Part shown: piece after piece, positions 12,620-26,048 of the stretch
How the letters are laid out: the number at the start of each line of letters is the position of its first letter
Numbering within the stretch: the first letter of the stretch is position 1
DNA from: Chrysomallon squamiferum
Lineage: Eukaryota; Animalia; Mollusca
Length of the DNA stretch: 64,000 bases
NCBI GenBank assembly: GCA_012295275.1
Contig: CM022672.1
Location: 28,830,001-28,894,000 of the forward strand
Direction of reading: 5' to 3'
The notes under the pieces: model-generated
The model's input: the letters and a program-made list of their open reading frames with translations, nothing else
Database searches by the model: none
Told to the model about the DNA's origin: nothing
Translations under genes and position numbers: made by a program

Positions 12620-13281
12620 TATGTTTTGTAATTCCAGATCAATTTCTGACCACAATGACATCTGATTTTTGGATCACCATGCATAATTTTAACATGGCCT
12701 TTTTAAATGGCACACAGTTTTGCAAAAGGGGTCCTGGCATGAAAATGTCTTCTTTCCAGTGCACTGTTTAACATGTCTTGCCAAATTACAATTTTTATTG
12801 AAAGACTTTTTGCATACTTTGCATATGTGAGGCTGCTATGTTATATGAGTTGACTGATGCACCTGGAACAAATCACGCTAGTGATATCCTTTGTTGCAGA
12901 TATTGCAGGTAAACTGGTATTTTTTGGAATGAGTTTTATAATGTAGTTTTAGACCCCACCTGGATTTATACTTGCCACCAAATTCTTCACAAATGAAGTT
13001 GTGGGCACTAACTCTATGACTTCTCATTTGTTCTGCTGTCTCAGACATTTATGAACTACGATGTATCAGCTCCTGGCTACTGTGTTTCAATAGGATGTGA
13101 TGTTTGAAATTGGAGTTTACTGCAGTTTTGTATCCACAATGACAGCTGTAAAATTTAACAGGTTGCCAGATTTCTTTAACTGGTGGAGGCTTTAAAGCTG
13201 TCGATGTGGAAAATCCTAGATGCTCTGATTCATCCAGGAAACTCCCCAGAAGTCCACCTGTCTCTGATATATTCATGTCAT
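12620..13281 (-). pseudogene. Decayed multi-zinc-finger coding segment
   Basis: Acceptor ttttatattacag| at 13281, ATG at 13276; frame continues past in-frame stops: FICEEF..GLKLHYKTH, FTCNICNKGYH*..H..H, CKVCKKSF..LARHVKQC, then a frameshift to HGDPKIRCHCG. Confidence 0.75.
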
Positions 13282-13887
13282 CTGTAATATAAAATTAAAC
13301 TTTGTTACTATGTGAATGAAACCTATTGAGAATTGGACAAGTCTGCATAAAATTTAAATAAAATTCATTATAAAATTTTAATTGTCAGAATAGTTTTTAC
13401 TGAAGATAATGCCTGCACTTAATTATATAATGTAATGTCTTGCAAAAGTAACCTTACTTTAAACTAAAACAGCAACAAAAAAGTAAAACATTGATAAACA
13501 GTACTCCATACACCAATCACCAACACTCCATATGCAGCAATATTCACAATTTTTTGTAATAACTAACTTGCATATATTGGCTTAATGTTAATATACAAGT
13601 ATTTCAGCTAACTCTGTGTATTATTTAACACAATAATTTTTATTATTTGATTGGTAACGACCTTTTCATAACAGTAACTGTCATCGATTTCACTTAATTA
13701 TTATGTACCATTCGGTGCTTATGCTTTTTGTCAACAGGCCTTACTTATTTCATGCTGTATATTATATACTGCAATATAAGTTTAGAAGCAAGAAGTAGAT
13801 TATAGGTATTTATTAAGAAATTGATTAATTTCAAACTTAAAACAACAAAAATTTCACCTACCAGATGAAGGGAAATGAGCTCCTTTG

Positions 13888-13941
13888 CTGTAAATGTCAT
13901 GTGATTGACCACCAACAGTTGACATCCTTGAGTACACATTA
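13888..13941. repeat. Right arm of ~51-bp inverted repeat (pairs with 9835-9885)
   Basis: ctgtaaatgtcatgtgattgaccaccaacagttgacatccttgagtacacatta. Confidence 0.8.
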
Positions 13942-16900
13942 CACTTTTGCTGCCATTTGACTAATAAAAAAACTGCACATAGTTTATTTTAAAAAACCAT
14001 GAAAGGAGGTATTGTGTATATTTTTGTGAGGTGGTATGTGAAAGATTCACTGAAAATGTATAGCAACCTCAAGTACTTACTTACATATATTTAAAACAAT
14101 ATCATTTCAGATACTTGCAAAATAGGCAGCTGCCCAGTGTGCTGATTTCAGGGAGAGCATTTCTCCAAATCAACAATAGTTTTGAAAAATAAATAAATAA
14201 AGATCAGTTTTAATGAGGGTCGTTTTTTATCCTGTTCTATTTCATACTGGGACAAATAATCAGGTAGATTCAGGCTGACTGGAACAAGCAAAACAGGTGA
14301 GTGAAAATTGTGCATACATGAAACTTACAGGACGTAATTATGTTTGCATGTTTTTAAAGGCCATGAGTTTTTCCATAGAATCACACATTATACAAAACAT
14401 TTAGTTTGCCGCAAAAACCAAACTGAGGGCAGTAACTCCTTATTTTAATGGTATAAACAAGGTAAGAAATTGTCCCTGACAGCAAAATCTTGCCTCTAGA
14501 GATCGCAATAAATAATGCTGAAAATAAATGTTTTAAAAATATTGTTTATAAATTCTGAAACTGATATTTTCCGGGGGTGCCAGAATCAAACCATGCCTAG
14601 GGATGTAGATAGCCTGGTGCAGGCGCTGTTCACAGCAGTCTTCATTTGATCACAAACTGCAATTCCTTTTTTGCTGCCCATTGTGTTCACATAGATCTAC
14701 AGAGCAATCAAGAATTGACCAAAAAGCCTTTATTCTAAAACCTTTGATTTTTAAATAATTTGTTAGGAAGTTCGAAAGTTTACACAGTATAGCTGTTCAA
14801 TTCAATTAATAAAAATAAAAATAAAAAAATTAAAGATGAATCAAAAAATATATTTGCTAAAAACCACAGTCTATATATATAGCATTCTCATAAATACATT
14901 TTATCTTATATAACAGCATAACATTTATGATGTTTACTAAGGTATATTGACAATTAATCAATGTTTTTAAAATCAGAATTTATAATAAATAAGTAACTAA
15001 ATAAATTATTTTTCAAAAACTGAAAATTTACTTTTCTTTTTTTCTTTCTTTAATTTCCTGTCAGTATCAGAAATAATCCAATTTTCCTTTGGACAAGTGT
15101 TGTATGGATTTTACTAAAACAGATTCCTATAATACTATATTACAATACAAATGCTGACGTTTGTATTTACACTTATGTAAATCATTGTGTGTTACCAATT
15201 ACAGCAGCCAAAATGTTATAATTTATATATATTTTCATTTTTACTTAATACAGAACTTTTGAATACAAACACAAGAAAAGTTTGTTATAATATCTTGCTT
15301 ACTTAGTGAGTTACATTTTGAATACTGACATCAAAGTGGCAACATCAGCAAATGAGCTGAGCCATTTTTAGCCACTCATAACAAATATTAAACTGATTAA
15401 TTAACAAATTACTGTGATCATACCTTGATATCTGTTTTACAAGAAATATGCCACAAATTTTCAAAGCTGAAAATGTCAACTCCTGAAACCTGAGAAAAAC
15501 AACAATGTGTAATTTTCTGGAATTTAAAAGCCTGAAAGTACTCCACATAGAGAGCACCTGTTATTTATTTTTTTGACAATGATACTAGAATTGTCTAATA
15601 CAAAGAAAAAGGCCAAAGTGACTAATGTGGGACGTGAACAGACAACTACAGTATGAAAACATACAAAAGGATGTAACTTAAAAATATCATGTCTTTTGAA
15701 TGAATAAAGAAAATAAACTATTTTGTCATTAACTGCAGTTTCAAACATTTCAGTGTTGAGCTAAATTTGAATCTGGCATTTGGTAACATCTTGTTGAGTC
15801 GGAACACTGGGAAATCTGCTTGCAAATCTATGCATGAAGGTCATTAAAAGGAAGGGGTTCACTATCAATGACAAGATCAATGGTAGGATTTTAACAGAGA
15901 GCATCAAAAGAAGAACTTTTCAGTACTGCTTAAGTAAGTTCATTTTCTTCTGAAAATATCCAACTAATTTTCCCAGGTGGCTGGAGGAAGAAAGACAGCT
16001 CAATGTCATTGTCATTTTGTTCTTCTGTTATGATGTTCTTTTCAATCTCATTCACAAGCTGTACCAAGGTGTCTCTCCACAGAACTTCATCCCATGTTTT
16101 GTTTGTATGTAGCTGCTCTTTGAGGAGATACTTTTGTATTACAAGCTTATAACTGAAGGAAAAACTGTATCTTCTTTCAAGGAATACTCTGCTCATGTCT
16201 GAATATATATAGCATCTTCTGGAAACAAACACCCACAAAGTCAGCAGTAGTACAGACTGTTAGCATTACCAGTTTCTGTGTGTTTTTGGGGATAGGCAAT
16301 ATGACTTTTGTAAAATTATCATCTTCTGGAAACAATTACACAACTGAAGTAAAAACTGTCTTTAACTAATCTGTTATACTTAAACAATTCTTAGTTATTT
16401 GTTTAAGTCAGACTACATAAATGAACTTACAAAAAAAAAAAAATCATTTGATTAAACAATAATATGTTCCCATACCATAGATATATTTTTAATTAAAACA
16501 ACAAAATTCTATTTAAAAACCATGTAACTGGAATGTGATACATGTTTAATTAATACAGACAGATGGAAAGCCAATTTTACATTATCAATATATTCAAAGA
16601 AAATTTTAATTTTTGAAATAGTGATTAATGTTTAAATTAGTTAGCTATATATGATATTTTCAGAATGTTGTAAATGAACATCACTGTTAAATATATCTAT
16701 ACCAGAAAATAACAGCTGTACCTGTAATTTTAAAATATTAACAATTTTATTGGCAGTGAGCCTTTGTTAGTAGAATAGTATAACAACAAAATATTGATAT
16801 CTTGCAATTTCAGGGAACCCTTTTTAACCTTTGGAGCTGCAGCCCTAATACCATCATGAATAACATACTTAACAAACAAAAAAAAATAAAAATAAAAATA

Positions 16901-17951
16901 AAATAACACAAATTATTCAGAAGAAATATATATAGAACTTTTTTCTACAATCCACTTGATGACACCACAGAGATGGCTTCAAAGAAGCATGAAATAAGAA
17001 TATGTTTTGTCATACCATTTTTTACTGGCCTCCTGTATCAATACTACTATCACTAAGCTAGACATACAGATAATGTAATAAAGCCATTGTTTCATTGTTC
17101 AACAGAACAAATCCGTTAAAATAAATAAATAAAAATATCCCAGGTAATAAATACTTTAAATAATCAAATCAACATAATGTAAGCCAATAACTGTATATTT
17201 TATTATCAGACATGTGAAAAATGATAATCAGATATTGAAACAATCCAACAGAACATTTTAACACAAAATGAAGAGATACACTGTTATGAATTTCATTATC
17301 AAGGAAAATCATCACTGATGAATATATATTTAAAAATAATACAGTATTTTCTGACATTTAGGTTCAGAGAAAACATATAAAGAAAATAAATTATCGAAAC
17401 CTTTCCTTACAATCTTACTATACCTGACGTTTGGGACATTAAAAAAAAATGTATTACTACTGAATGCATTTTTAGTCTTTCATGTAGTAAATAAACATTA
17501 ACTATTCTTGTGTTTCAAAGTACTCATAAACAAAAATGCATGCTTCATTTTACTTCCTTCAGAGATTTAGGGAATAAAAAATAATAATCATAATGTTTTT
17601 ATGACACCATTATTTTATCTGAACACCATGATATGCAAATTTATTATTCCAAGTTCTGATAAAACATTTTAACCTGTAATATTAAAACTTTCTAAACAGT
17701 TTCTTGTCCACTAATCCAAAGAGTTTAAAAGAAAAAAAAATAGACTTCTGTGAAATTCAAAGATCAAAATTATTTCAGACCAGCAAACGTTTAAAGTACA
17801 AATAATCCAGTCTTTTTAACAATATTTTTTCATATGCTATGTTAGTTTCATAACTTTACAAAACATTTTCTAGCTTTATTTTAAATCTTGCTGTTTAAAG
17901 ATGGTGTCATGAAAACATTAGATATAAAAACCCTGAAAATTATCACTATAC

Positions 17952-18322
17952 CTGTGCAAACTTGGGCTTGCTGGTTGTTGGTTGTGTCTGTGTGTTCCAA
18001 GTCGAGTCTGAAACATTGGAGTCAGGAACACCAAAAGTTACTTGTAGCTGAGCAAGATCAGAATTGTCCCCACCATTGTCTGGACTGTCAAGCAATACAA
18101 TGTCATTAACCTCTTTTTTAATTTCAATGTTTTCTGGCAAAGGTAGACGAATGCTTTCAGATGTGAGAGAAATGGATTGATTGTCACTGTGAACTGAGTC
18201 ACTAGATGATGGCTTTGTTTCTGTCTCACAAACACTTTTTAAAGTGTCACTATCTGCTTCAGATATAGGATTAATCCTCGTTGCTGCATTAATAAGAGAA
18301 TCTAAATCACCATCTGTCTTAT
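17952..18322 (-). CDS. Gene A constant coding exon 2 (Ser/acidic linker), last common exon
   Basis: Acceptor ttttgatttcag|AT (phase 1, completes G+AT=Asp); donor CAG|GTATAG phase 0; 371 nt; homologous to 26970-27385 (SESIRLP.PE, ND.V.LDSP). Confidence 0.85.
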
Positions 18323-20114
18323 CTGAAATCAAAAAGATGCAAAACTTATTATTGCATTAAATGTTTATCCCATTATTGCTAGAATAAACTAAAAAACATT
18401 GCTTTGCCATGTAGAGATGTCACAATTGTAGAAAAACAGCAGCACCCATATAAAATTGGAAAAAGTACAACATAAAATAAAAAAATGCAGCAAACATTTA
18501 GCAGGTACTGACACCACAATGCACTCCTGTCAAAAGAAAAAAAACTGCCTTTCCTTAACTCACTAGAGATACATTCCTGCTCAAAGGAACATGTAAAGTG
18601 TATCACAAAAAATAGCAGTATTTCCTTTTTTCCAAAGCATTGCTCGTTATTATTTTGATGAAGTCATGCCATGATTTCCTGTGCATTGTAAAATGCATGT
18701 GATACAAGAAGGCTGAAATATGCTCTCATCTGAAAAAGCATAGATTCTGTCTTTAAACTGAACAATTTTTTTTTTTATCTTCCCTATCTTATCATGAAAA
18801 AAAATTGATCTTTGATGAATCATATGTTTTGAAAAGAGCAATTTCTACACTTTCTAATAAACACTAAGATTATTCTGATAGCATTATGATTTAAAAAGAT
18901 GTTCCCTTGTTCATCAGAAATGATCTACACTAAGCAAATGGATAGAAATGAGTTATGGAGGAAACTGTAAGTGACAATTTCATTTTATTCTGGTGATTAA
19001 ATTGTGTACTTTTTTATAAAAGCTTTTCTTATGATTCAAAAAAAGTATTAGCTGAAGGAAATGAACAGAGTTGGCATATATTGACAGTTGTCAGATGTCA
19101 AACCAAATAATTCACATGTGAAACAGGAAAATGCTTAAAACTTGGTAACACCCCTGACAAATTCAAAGTGAAATATACTTAGCTTTATAATAATGTTTCT
19201 CTATTAGAATAAGCTGGTGAAGTGAACTATATCTTGCCTTGCAGATAAGTTAAGTCATTTGACACCCACCTTTCCAGGCAATATATCCAACTATGTTTAT
19301 ATTTGAAGTATATTCCGTAACATATCTTTATACAGCTTTTTCATTGTAAAGAAAATGATGTTTGAATCATAAAAAAGGGAGTATAATTATACATTTTATT
19401 ACATTTTAAAATACTGAGAGAAAATGCCATCCAATTTTAAGACCATTTGCGATAAACTGGTAACTTAGATCTCAGCATGGGATAACTCTGAAAAGAAATA
19501 AGCATTATCTTATGTTAATTGCTTGAAGTCTGGATGTTTTCAAGTTTTGTGTATAATATGAGCTGCCAAAAAGCATTTTCTCAAAACAAAGGGGTTTTTT
19601 TTTGTTGTTTTGACTTTGAGGTTTTAAAAATGTTTTTTTTTTCACTGAATAACTGGATAACATTATCAGCTGTAACTTTTGAATAAAGATAGAAACACCA
19701 ATTTTTCTTCTTTTAGTGAAAAGAACTCCAACACTGGAAAACAAGTACAGTTGTTGTTCTAGATGTATTTTTGGGTGCCAGTTCTTAACTTAGATTATTT
19801 TTTATTTTTTTATCACAAAAGTCATCTTTCAGTTTTAGTTGTTTCTTTTTAAGTATTTGTTCTGTAAATTTGCAAAGAAAATAAAAATATTATAATGCCT
19901 GTGTAAATTATAACAATTGTATGTAACACCAAAGACCTGGTAAAGAAATTAAATTAACTTGGTTATACAAACTCTGCATATCCATTTATATCTATTTTTA
20001 CTGATTATACCTATAGAAATAAACACAATTATTAAATTAAGCTTTAAATATTTTGCATTAAATTAAAATCATAGTAATCTAAACATCTTATTTTTTAATA
20101 CACTTAAGTTTCAC

Positions 20115-20859
20115 CTTTTTTCACTAAAGGCCCGTCATCTGACTTGGTTAAATTTCGCTTTTGACTTTTTATGACATCATTACTTTGGTTGTCTTTAACA
20201 AACGGGCCTGTATCTACATTATCAAGAACATCATCAGTTTGATTTGTAGAAATCTGGATTGAATGCCTGGGCTGAATTTCCATAATCTCCTGGTTATCAT
20301 GTCCTGAGGCATGTGAATCATAAGAATCTGAATGTTTTTCTGCCATCTGATTTGGTGCTCCTGCTGCAAATGAGGTTCTCTTGTTTGAAGACATCAATGG
20401 TGAATGACCTGATATATTATTATGAGGTTGTGAGCTAGGTGACTTAGAAAAACCAGAGGTTAAATGATGTGAGTTAGCTGTCCTTTGTCTGAAAGATGAT
20501 TGTAGAACTGTATGATGTGATGACCGTGGTTCAGGACTATGTCGAAGATCTATTGTTACCTCCCTTGAGGATGCAATTCCTGCTGCCTTGATATTGGTAC
20601 TGTCTCTAACTACATCTCTCTTCTGAGGTAATCGTTTCATAGTTTTGAACGCTTTTACACAGTAACTCTCACTGATGACATCACCAGTGTTGTGAACCAT
20701 CTCACTCAAAACATAGCGTTCTTTTTTGTAATTGTCTATTTCTAAAGAAAGGTAACCACTCAGTTCCACTGCCTGTTCAAACTCTATATAGTCTCGACAG
20801 AATTTCTGCATTGCTTCCACAAACTTGGTGAAGAACTGGACAGAATATTGTTTATCCAT
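20115..20859 (-). CDS. Gene A constant coding exon 1: conserved 78-aa N-terminal domain plus disordered region
   Basis: ATG at 20859 after acceptor ttttttcag| (exon start 20891); donor AAAAAAG|GTGAAA phase 1; first 78 aa are 75/78 identical to gene B. Confidence 0.9.
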
Positions 20860-22514
20860 TTTTCAATAAATTGGTCAGCTCAAAGAAAATGCTGAAAAAA
20901 AATAAATTAGTTAACAACTATAATAAATAAAATACATTTTCACTACTATTTTTCTCTACCTTTTTATAAATATATAAAATTTCAACAATTTTATTTTAAG
21001 AAATACCATGTTATCATTTGGTAAGCAAATGTAAGTTCACTATTCTGTTTAGTTTCTTTTGAGTTTATGCAATAAATATGTTAGACCTGATTATTATTTA
21101 TGTCATAAGACTTAAAAAAAAAAAAAAAAAAAATTTCAATAAAGTATAAATTTATAAAACAACATTCATATCTAAGACCACAGTTTGGATTTGAATATCT
21201 GTATTTAATGAAAACAGTTTAGAATGCAGTTAAAAATTATTTTCAGTTTACTCATACTGTTATAACTCTGTAGTTAAATAAACAATGATATTAATAAATA
21301 AATTGAAAGTCCAACCCAAAATATTTTTATTTTACTTATTCAAATTTCACTTTAACTTGATAGGTTTATTCATTGCAGGTGGAAGATTAAATGATAAATA
21401 TCTTTTGCATTTGGAAATACAACATTTCAAAATAGGAAAAAACACTGGTATTTAAGGGAAAAAATAAACTGAAAAATGCATCCTTTCTAATAATATCTGT
21501 TCATAAGCTACCTACCGTATTCTTTTATTTACTGACATGCCTACTTTAATTATAATTTTGTTGTTGCTGTTTTTAACATATCTATAAAAATTAATATAAA
21601 AAAAGAAAAACTTAAGACCTCTGGACATTTTATTTATATATGTTGCTGCCAACTTCACTGGCTAAAAGTCTTAATTAATTTTATTTCAAGATCACGTTCC
21701 ACAGAAAATCAAGGCCAAGTGGAACGGTCATGGTTATATACATTTAATTATACTACTTCAATATAATAATAATAATATGATGATGATGATAAAAATAATA
21801 ATTAATTATTAAGGAAACAAACAAACACATACAACACCAGTCCGATTTAGAATCTTTATCTAATTATTAAGTTTAATTTGATCCACAGGAAGCCACAGAA
21901 CAAATCTCTGATGATGGATGCCATTTATGATTTCCCCATTTGTAACCCAAAAAATCAAAATTTTTCAATGTTGTATATCCTTAACTTTGTAACTATTCAA
22001 ATTTTCCACTCTCAAGGAATAAAATAAAATAAAATGTTCCAGCAAAATATGACTGGATCAGTTAAAACCCATTTGGTAACTTTACACAAAATGACCCTAC
22101 CACTATATTACGGCATTAAATTGATTAATGTTCAAAATCTGAAGTAAATTTGCACGTGCATATGTATAAAAATAAGCCTTTTAAGTTTTACTATTAGCAC
22201 TCAAATTTTTTTTTTTTTACTGAAATAATAATAATAATAATAATAGTAATAATAATAATAATAATAAAGAGTAGAATATAAATAATACATATTTTTTTTT
22301 AATTTCTTTTCACATTCATCAATTAATCATACATAACACTACAGTTAATTCAATAATAATGTCAATGATATTCATATTGACATTGCTCAAGTCTACCGGA
22401 ATGGATTCTTTATTTTTGTCGCAACGTAAAGCTCTCATTTACAATTTGTTATATTTAGAAAGCATAATAAGCATAGATAATTAATCTAACAACTGCACAA
22501 CAGATTACACATAC

Positions 22515-22597
22515 CTAAATTTGACGTTTGACAAAAACAATACCCATCTAGAAGAAAAACATATCAGACAGACGTGCGTCTCCTTCGTCGTTTTATA
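22515..22597 (-). promoter_or_regulatory. Candidate gene A core promoter and 5' non-coding exon
   Basis: Minus-strand TATAAAA at 22597-22591 in a locally CpG-rich patch, then a strong donor AG|GTATGT at 22515; exon end gtcaaacgtcaaatttag resembles gene B's gtcaacgttttaaattag. Confidence 0.4.
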
Positions 22598-22952
22598 AAG
22601 TTACCTCCCCTTTTGTTATCGACAAATCGTTCCTTACCAGCAACCTACGTATACTATTTACGTGAGAGAAGTCATCGTTGATTATAAATGTTTTATTAAA
22701 CTTCTACAACCTAAAGATAACAGGTTAAATATGTAATCACTTATTTATTTATTTTCATTATTTTCTCTTTTCCACATCTCTTTTTCGTTTTCCTCTTTTG
22801 CCTTGCATTATTTTTAATTGTTTTTTGATTGATTTAATGAAATGATTTATGATTCATTGATTGTTATCAGAATTTTGGATATTGTATTTCTTTTTCTTTT
22901 TCTTTCTTTCTTTCCTTCTTTCTGTTTTATGAATTTTATATATTTATTTATT

Positions 22953-22972
22953 AATTATTATTATTATTACTA

Positions 22973-23025
<53 letters not shown>
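22953..23025. repeat. (TAT)n microsatellite
   Basis: Long tattattat run. Confidence 0.9.
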
Positions 23026-23026
<1 letters not shown>

Positions 23027-25447
23027 GTATTTTTTGCTTTTTAATTATTTTTTAACTTGTGTGTATTTCTAGATAGATTTGGTTTTCGAAATTATTGATT
23101 TACGGTGCCTGAACCTTCCTCTGCTACGTGTTCAAACTCAGTCATACTAAACAGCATCCACCAGTATGGCTGCATCCAGTTTGTTTTACATGATTTCCGT
23201 CAATTTGGTGACATCTGTATGAGAAATAAGCCAGATTTTATTTATTGGATCAGAAAGAAAAGTACTTCCATAATAGCCAATTTAGAACATGGTCGGGGAT
23301 GGGGTTGAAGCCTTCTAGATTAATAATAATAATAATAATAAAAAGCGAGTATAAGCATACTAACAATAATATTAAACCGATGATGATGATGATGATGATG
23401 ATGATAGTAATAATAATATGAAGAATAAAAATAAAGAATCTTATGATGCTAAAAATGTAGGTACTTTATTTCTCTTGTAGGTTAAGTTATTTGCAAGAAT
23501 AATATTTAATATATGTTATGTATTAATATATATTATATCACTACTTAATAACAGTGTCTAAAACTTTTGCCTTAATATTATATTTATTCATTTATAATTT
23601 GTCAACATAAATGTTTGATGTTGTTTGAAATGTTAGATATAAGTTAGTATTTTCTAACAATTGCTGTGTAATTATATATTAATATGCATGTAGACAAGCA
23701 GACGTGTTGTATTTCTTTCTTTTTTTAATAAATGAATTCATTGTTATTAATATTTTTTGCCTAACAATAGTAAATATTTAAACCTTAGATTAACTTATAT
23801 GATGATAGGGATAATAACAATATGATAATAAAGGTATAAACTGGGATGTTCCATTTTAGTGTAATATAAAAAAATTAAAAAAATGTATTGGTAATTCCGA
23901 AATCTGATTAAAACACAGAGAAAGGTGTATCATTTTTTTGTTCTTTGTTTGAAAAATTATTTCTGACATCGTCACCCTCACTTACTGTCATGGATTTTCG
24001 TTTGTGATTTGTTTTTGATGTATGGATCACAGAAATAATTAATAACGAAATTTTGGAAAATCTGACTCTACTCAAGGAAAATTCATATTTAATTGGGGTT
24101 TTGTTTTATTATTTTAACAATTTCCCACCATTTTGAAGATCTTAAGTGGCACCATCAACCTACCGAATCTGGGGTGGGGAAGTATCAGAAGAAAAAAAAA
24201 AGAGAAATAAAGTCACAACTTTTAATAGAAAACAATGTACTGGGAAATGAAAGAAACATTTTTGTGAATGGTCTTCATTTTCAATATTGGTAGTTTAAAC
24301 TGATGTTCCAACGTTTTTATCGTGAAGCTAATTCCAGCAACTAGCTACTTAGCTCAGTATATTCTGACAGTGTACCGTATTTATGAAATATTCAGGTTCT
24401 GGAAATGTAGAATAACAAATACATTTCTTGGTGAATGGCATACCTTCGGAAAATGCTAACGCCATAACTGCGATACCATTCAAACATCTGAGCCCCTTCT
24501 TTCAGATAAGGTTACCATACAATCAATTAAAATATCACATCAGTATTAATAGAAAGTGTTCAGTGGCGCCCAGGGCTTGTGCCAAACTTGGAATACCCTA
24601 GACAAGCCACTGTCTACATCCCCTTACGGTTTGCACCATTTAATTGTCATATTATGGATTTTTAAACTACCTCCAAATGCCATTTTTGCCATGTATAATT
24701 ATTATTATATATGTATTTTGTTTCAAACTAGATGATATCTGAGTAGGTTTTATCTTTGTTACTTGAGATATTAAAATGTATCAAAATACATCATCAATGT
24801 TTTGGTTTTTGGTGATTGCAAGTGTTAATTTCTAATTCAAAGTGACTTATATATATATACTATACCCTCATTGTTCGGATTTACTATCTGAAAATTGAAA
24901 CTGGGAATCGAATAACTACAGTTTTTTAACTTAACAATGGCATATTTAATAATAATAATAATAATAATAATTATAATTTTTATTTATTTATTTATTTGTA
25001 TGTTTATTTATTTATTGTAAAAATGAAAGAAACTTTAATTATCCAAGGATAAAGGTATGTTTTTATTTTTCTTTGCTGAAAGTTAATCATTTCTCTCATC
25101 ATGCTGATTTTCACTCGTCTAAGATGAAAAATATCAAGAACACCCACAAGTCATTCATTATAAAATGTTTTTTGGCACATAGCTCAAGGGCAGATAACTC
25201 TCGAAATAAATTTTGGAAAGTTACAACCCTGAGAACCCAACGTCAAGGGTCGCAGATAATGTTAATCAACCAAACAGCTGAAAAAACGATAATTTAAAAG
25301 CTGGGTAATCCGTGTAAGTATATATATATATATATATATATTTGTATTTAAAAAATTAGTAACTGAATAAACATTTAAAAATATTAATAGATATTTATAT
25401 CACTGATGCGGTATATTGGCGTAAAATGTTTCCAATGTTTAAAAATA

Positions 25448-25761
25448 AAAATGGCGGATGTCTTGCACAAGAATGCAGTTGTTAATAACTATTAATATTA
25501 GATAACTTTCTGTATTTATATATCTAGACATTTAAAATAATTGTTTATACAAACTGGTAGATATTACTATTATTTTTCTATTCATACAAAATACCGTTAC
25601 AAAATCAGTTCTTCGGTATTTGGAACAAAGAAGCCGCCATTTTGCAATATTTATTCTAACAAAGAATTCAGGTGTCCTTGACCTAAATAGTGGTAGACTG
25701 TTTTGCTAAAGTTTGTTAAATAATGTCAACGTTTTAAATTAGTTATACATTAACAAATCAG
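25448..25761 (+). promoter_or_regulatory. Candidate gene B promoter and 5' non-coding exon with two YY1-like motifs
   Basis: AAAATGGCGG at 25448-25457 and GCCGCCATTTTG at 25633-25644; strong donor CAG|GTAAGC at 25761, with an acceptor at 26031 before the ATG. Confidence 0.5.
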
Positions 25762-26048
25762 GTAAGCCTTATTTTCTAAAACATTTCGCAATAAAATAAA
25801 CTTTTAGACATTACTGTGAAGAAAATACATTTTATTTATTTATTTATTATTATTTTTTTAAAGTCAAATATATTCATTTTAACTTTTCCAATTTGATGTA
25901 ATTTTTCTAAAAAATATTTCCAGTAAAATACTTAAATGTTTTAATGTGTTGTGCATATATCATTATATGCTGTTCGTTATCTTAAAAACATTTTATTAAT
26001 TTTTTAATTTAATTGTATTATCCATTGGTAGGTATACATTGAAGCATA

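Noticed and set aside
15750-16325. 102-aa ORF 15930-16238 and an acceptor at 16325 as another gene A variable exon
   Set aside because: Only a broken YYC*LCGCLF fragment is finger-like and it is not in phase 0; the ORF itself has no recognisable domain. It may be a decayed exon or transposon piece, but support is too weak.
22842-23072. Hydrophobic poly-Ile/Tyr ORF, and similar Phe/Ile-rich ORFs at 231, 1301 and 63639
   Set aside because: Low-complexity AT-rich or microsatellite sequence, not membrane proteins.
24561-24612. CAGTGGC..GCCACTG mini inverted repeat
   Set aside because: Only 7 bp of perfect pairing and no clear TSD; too short to call.
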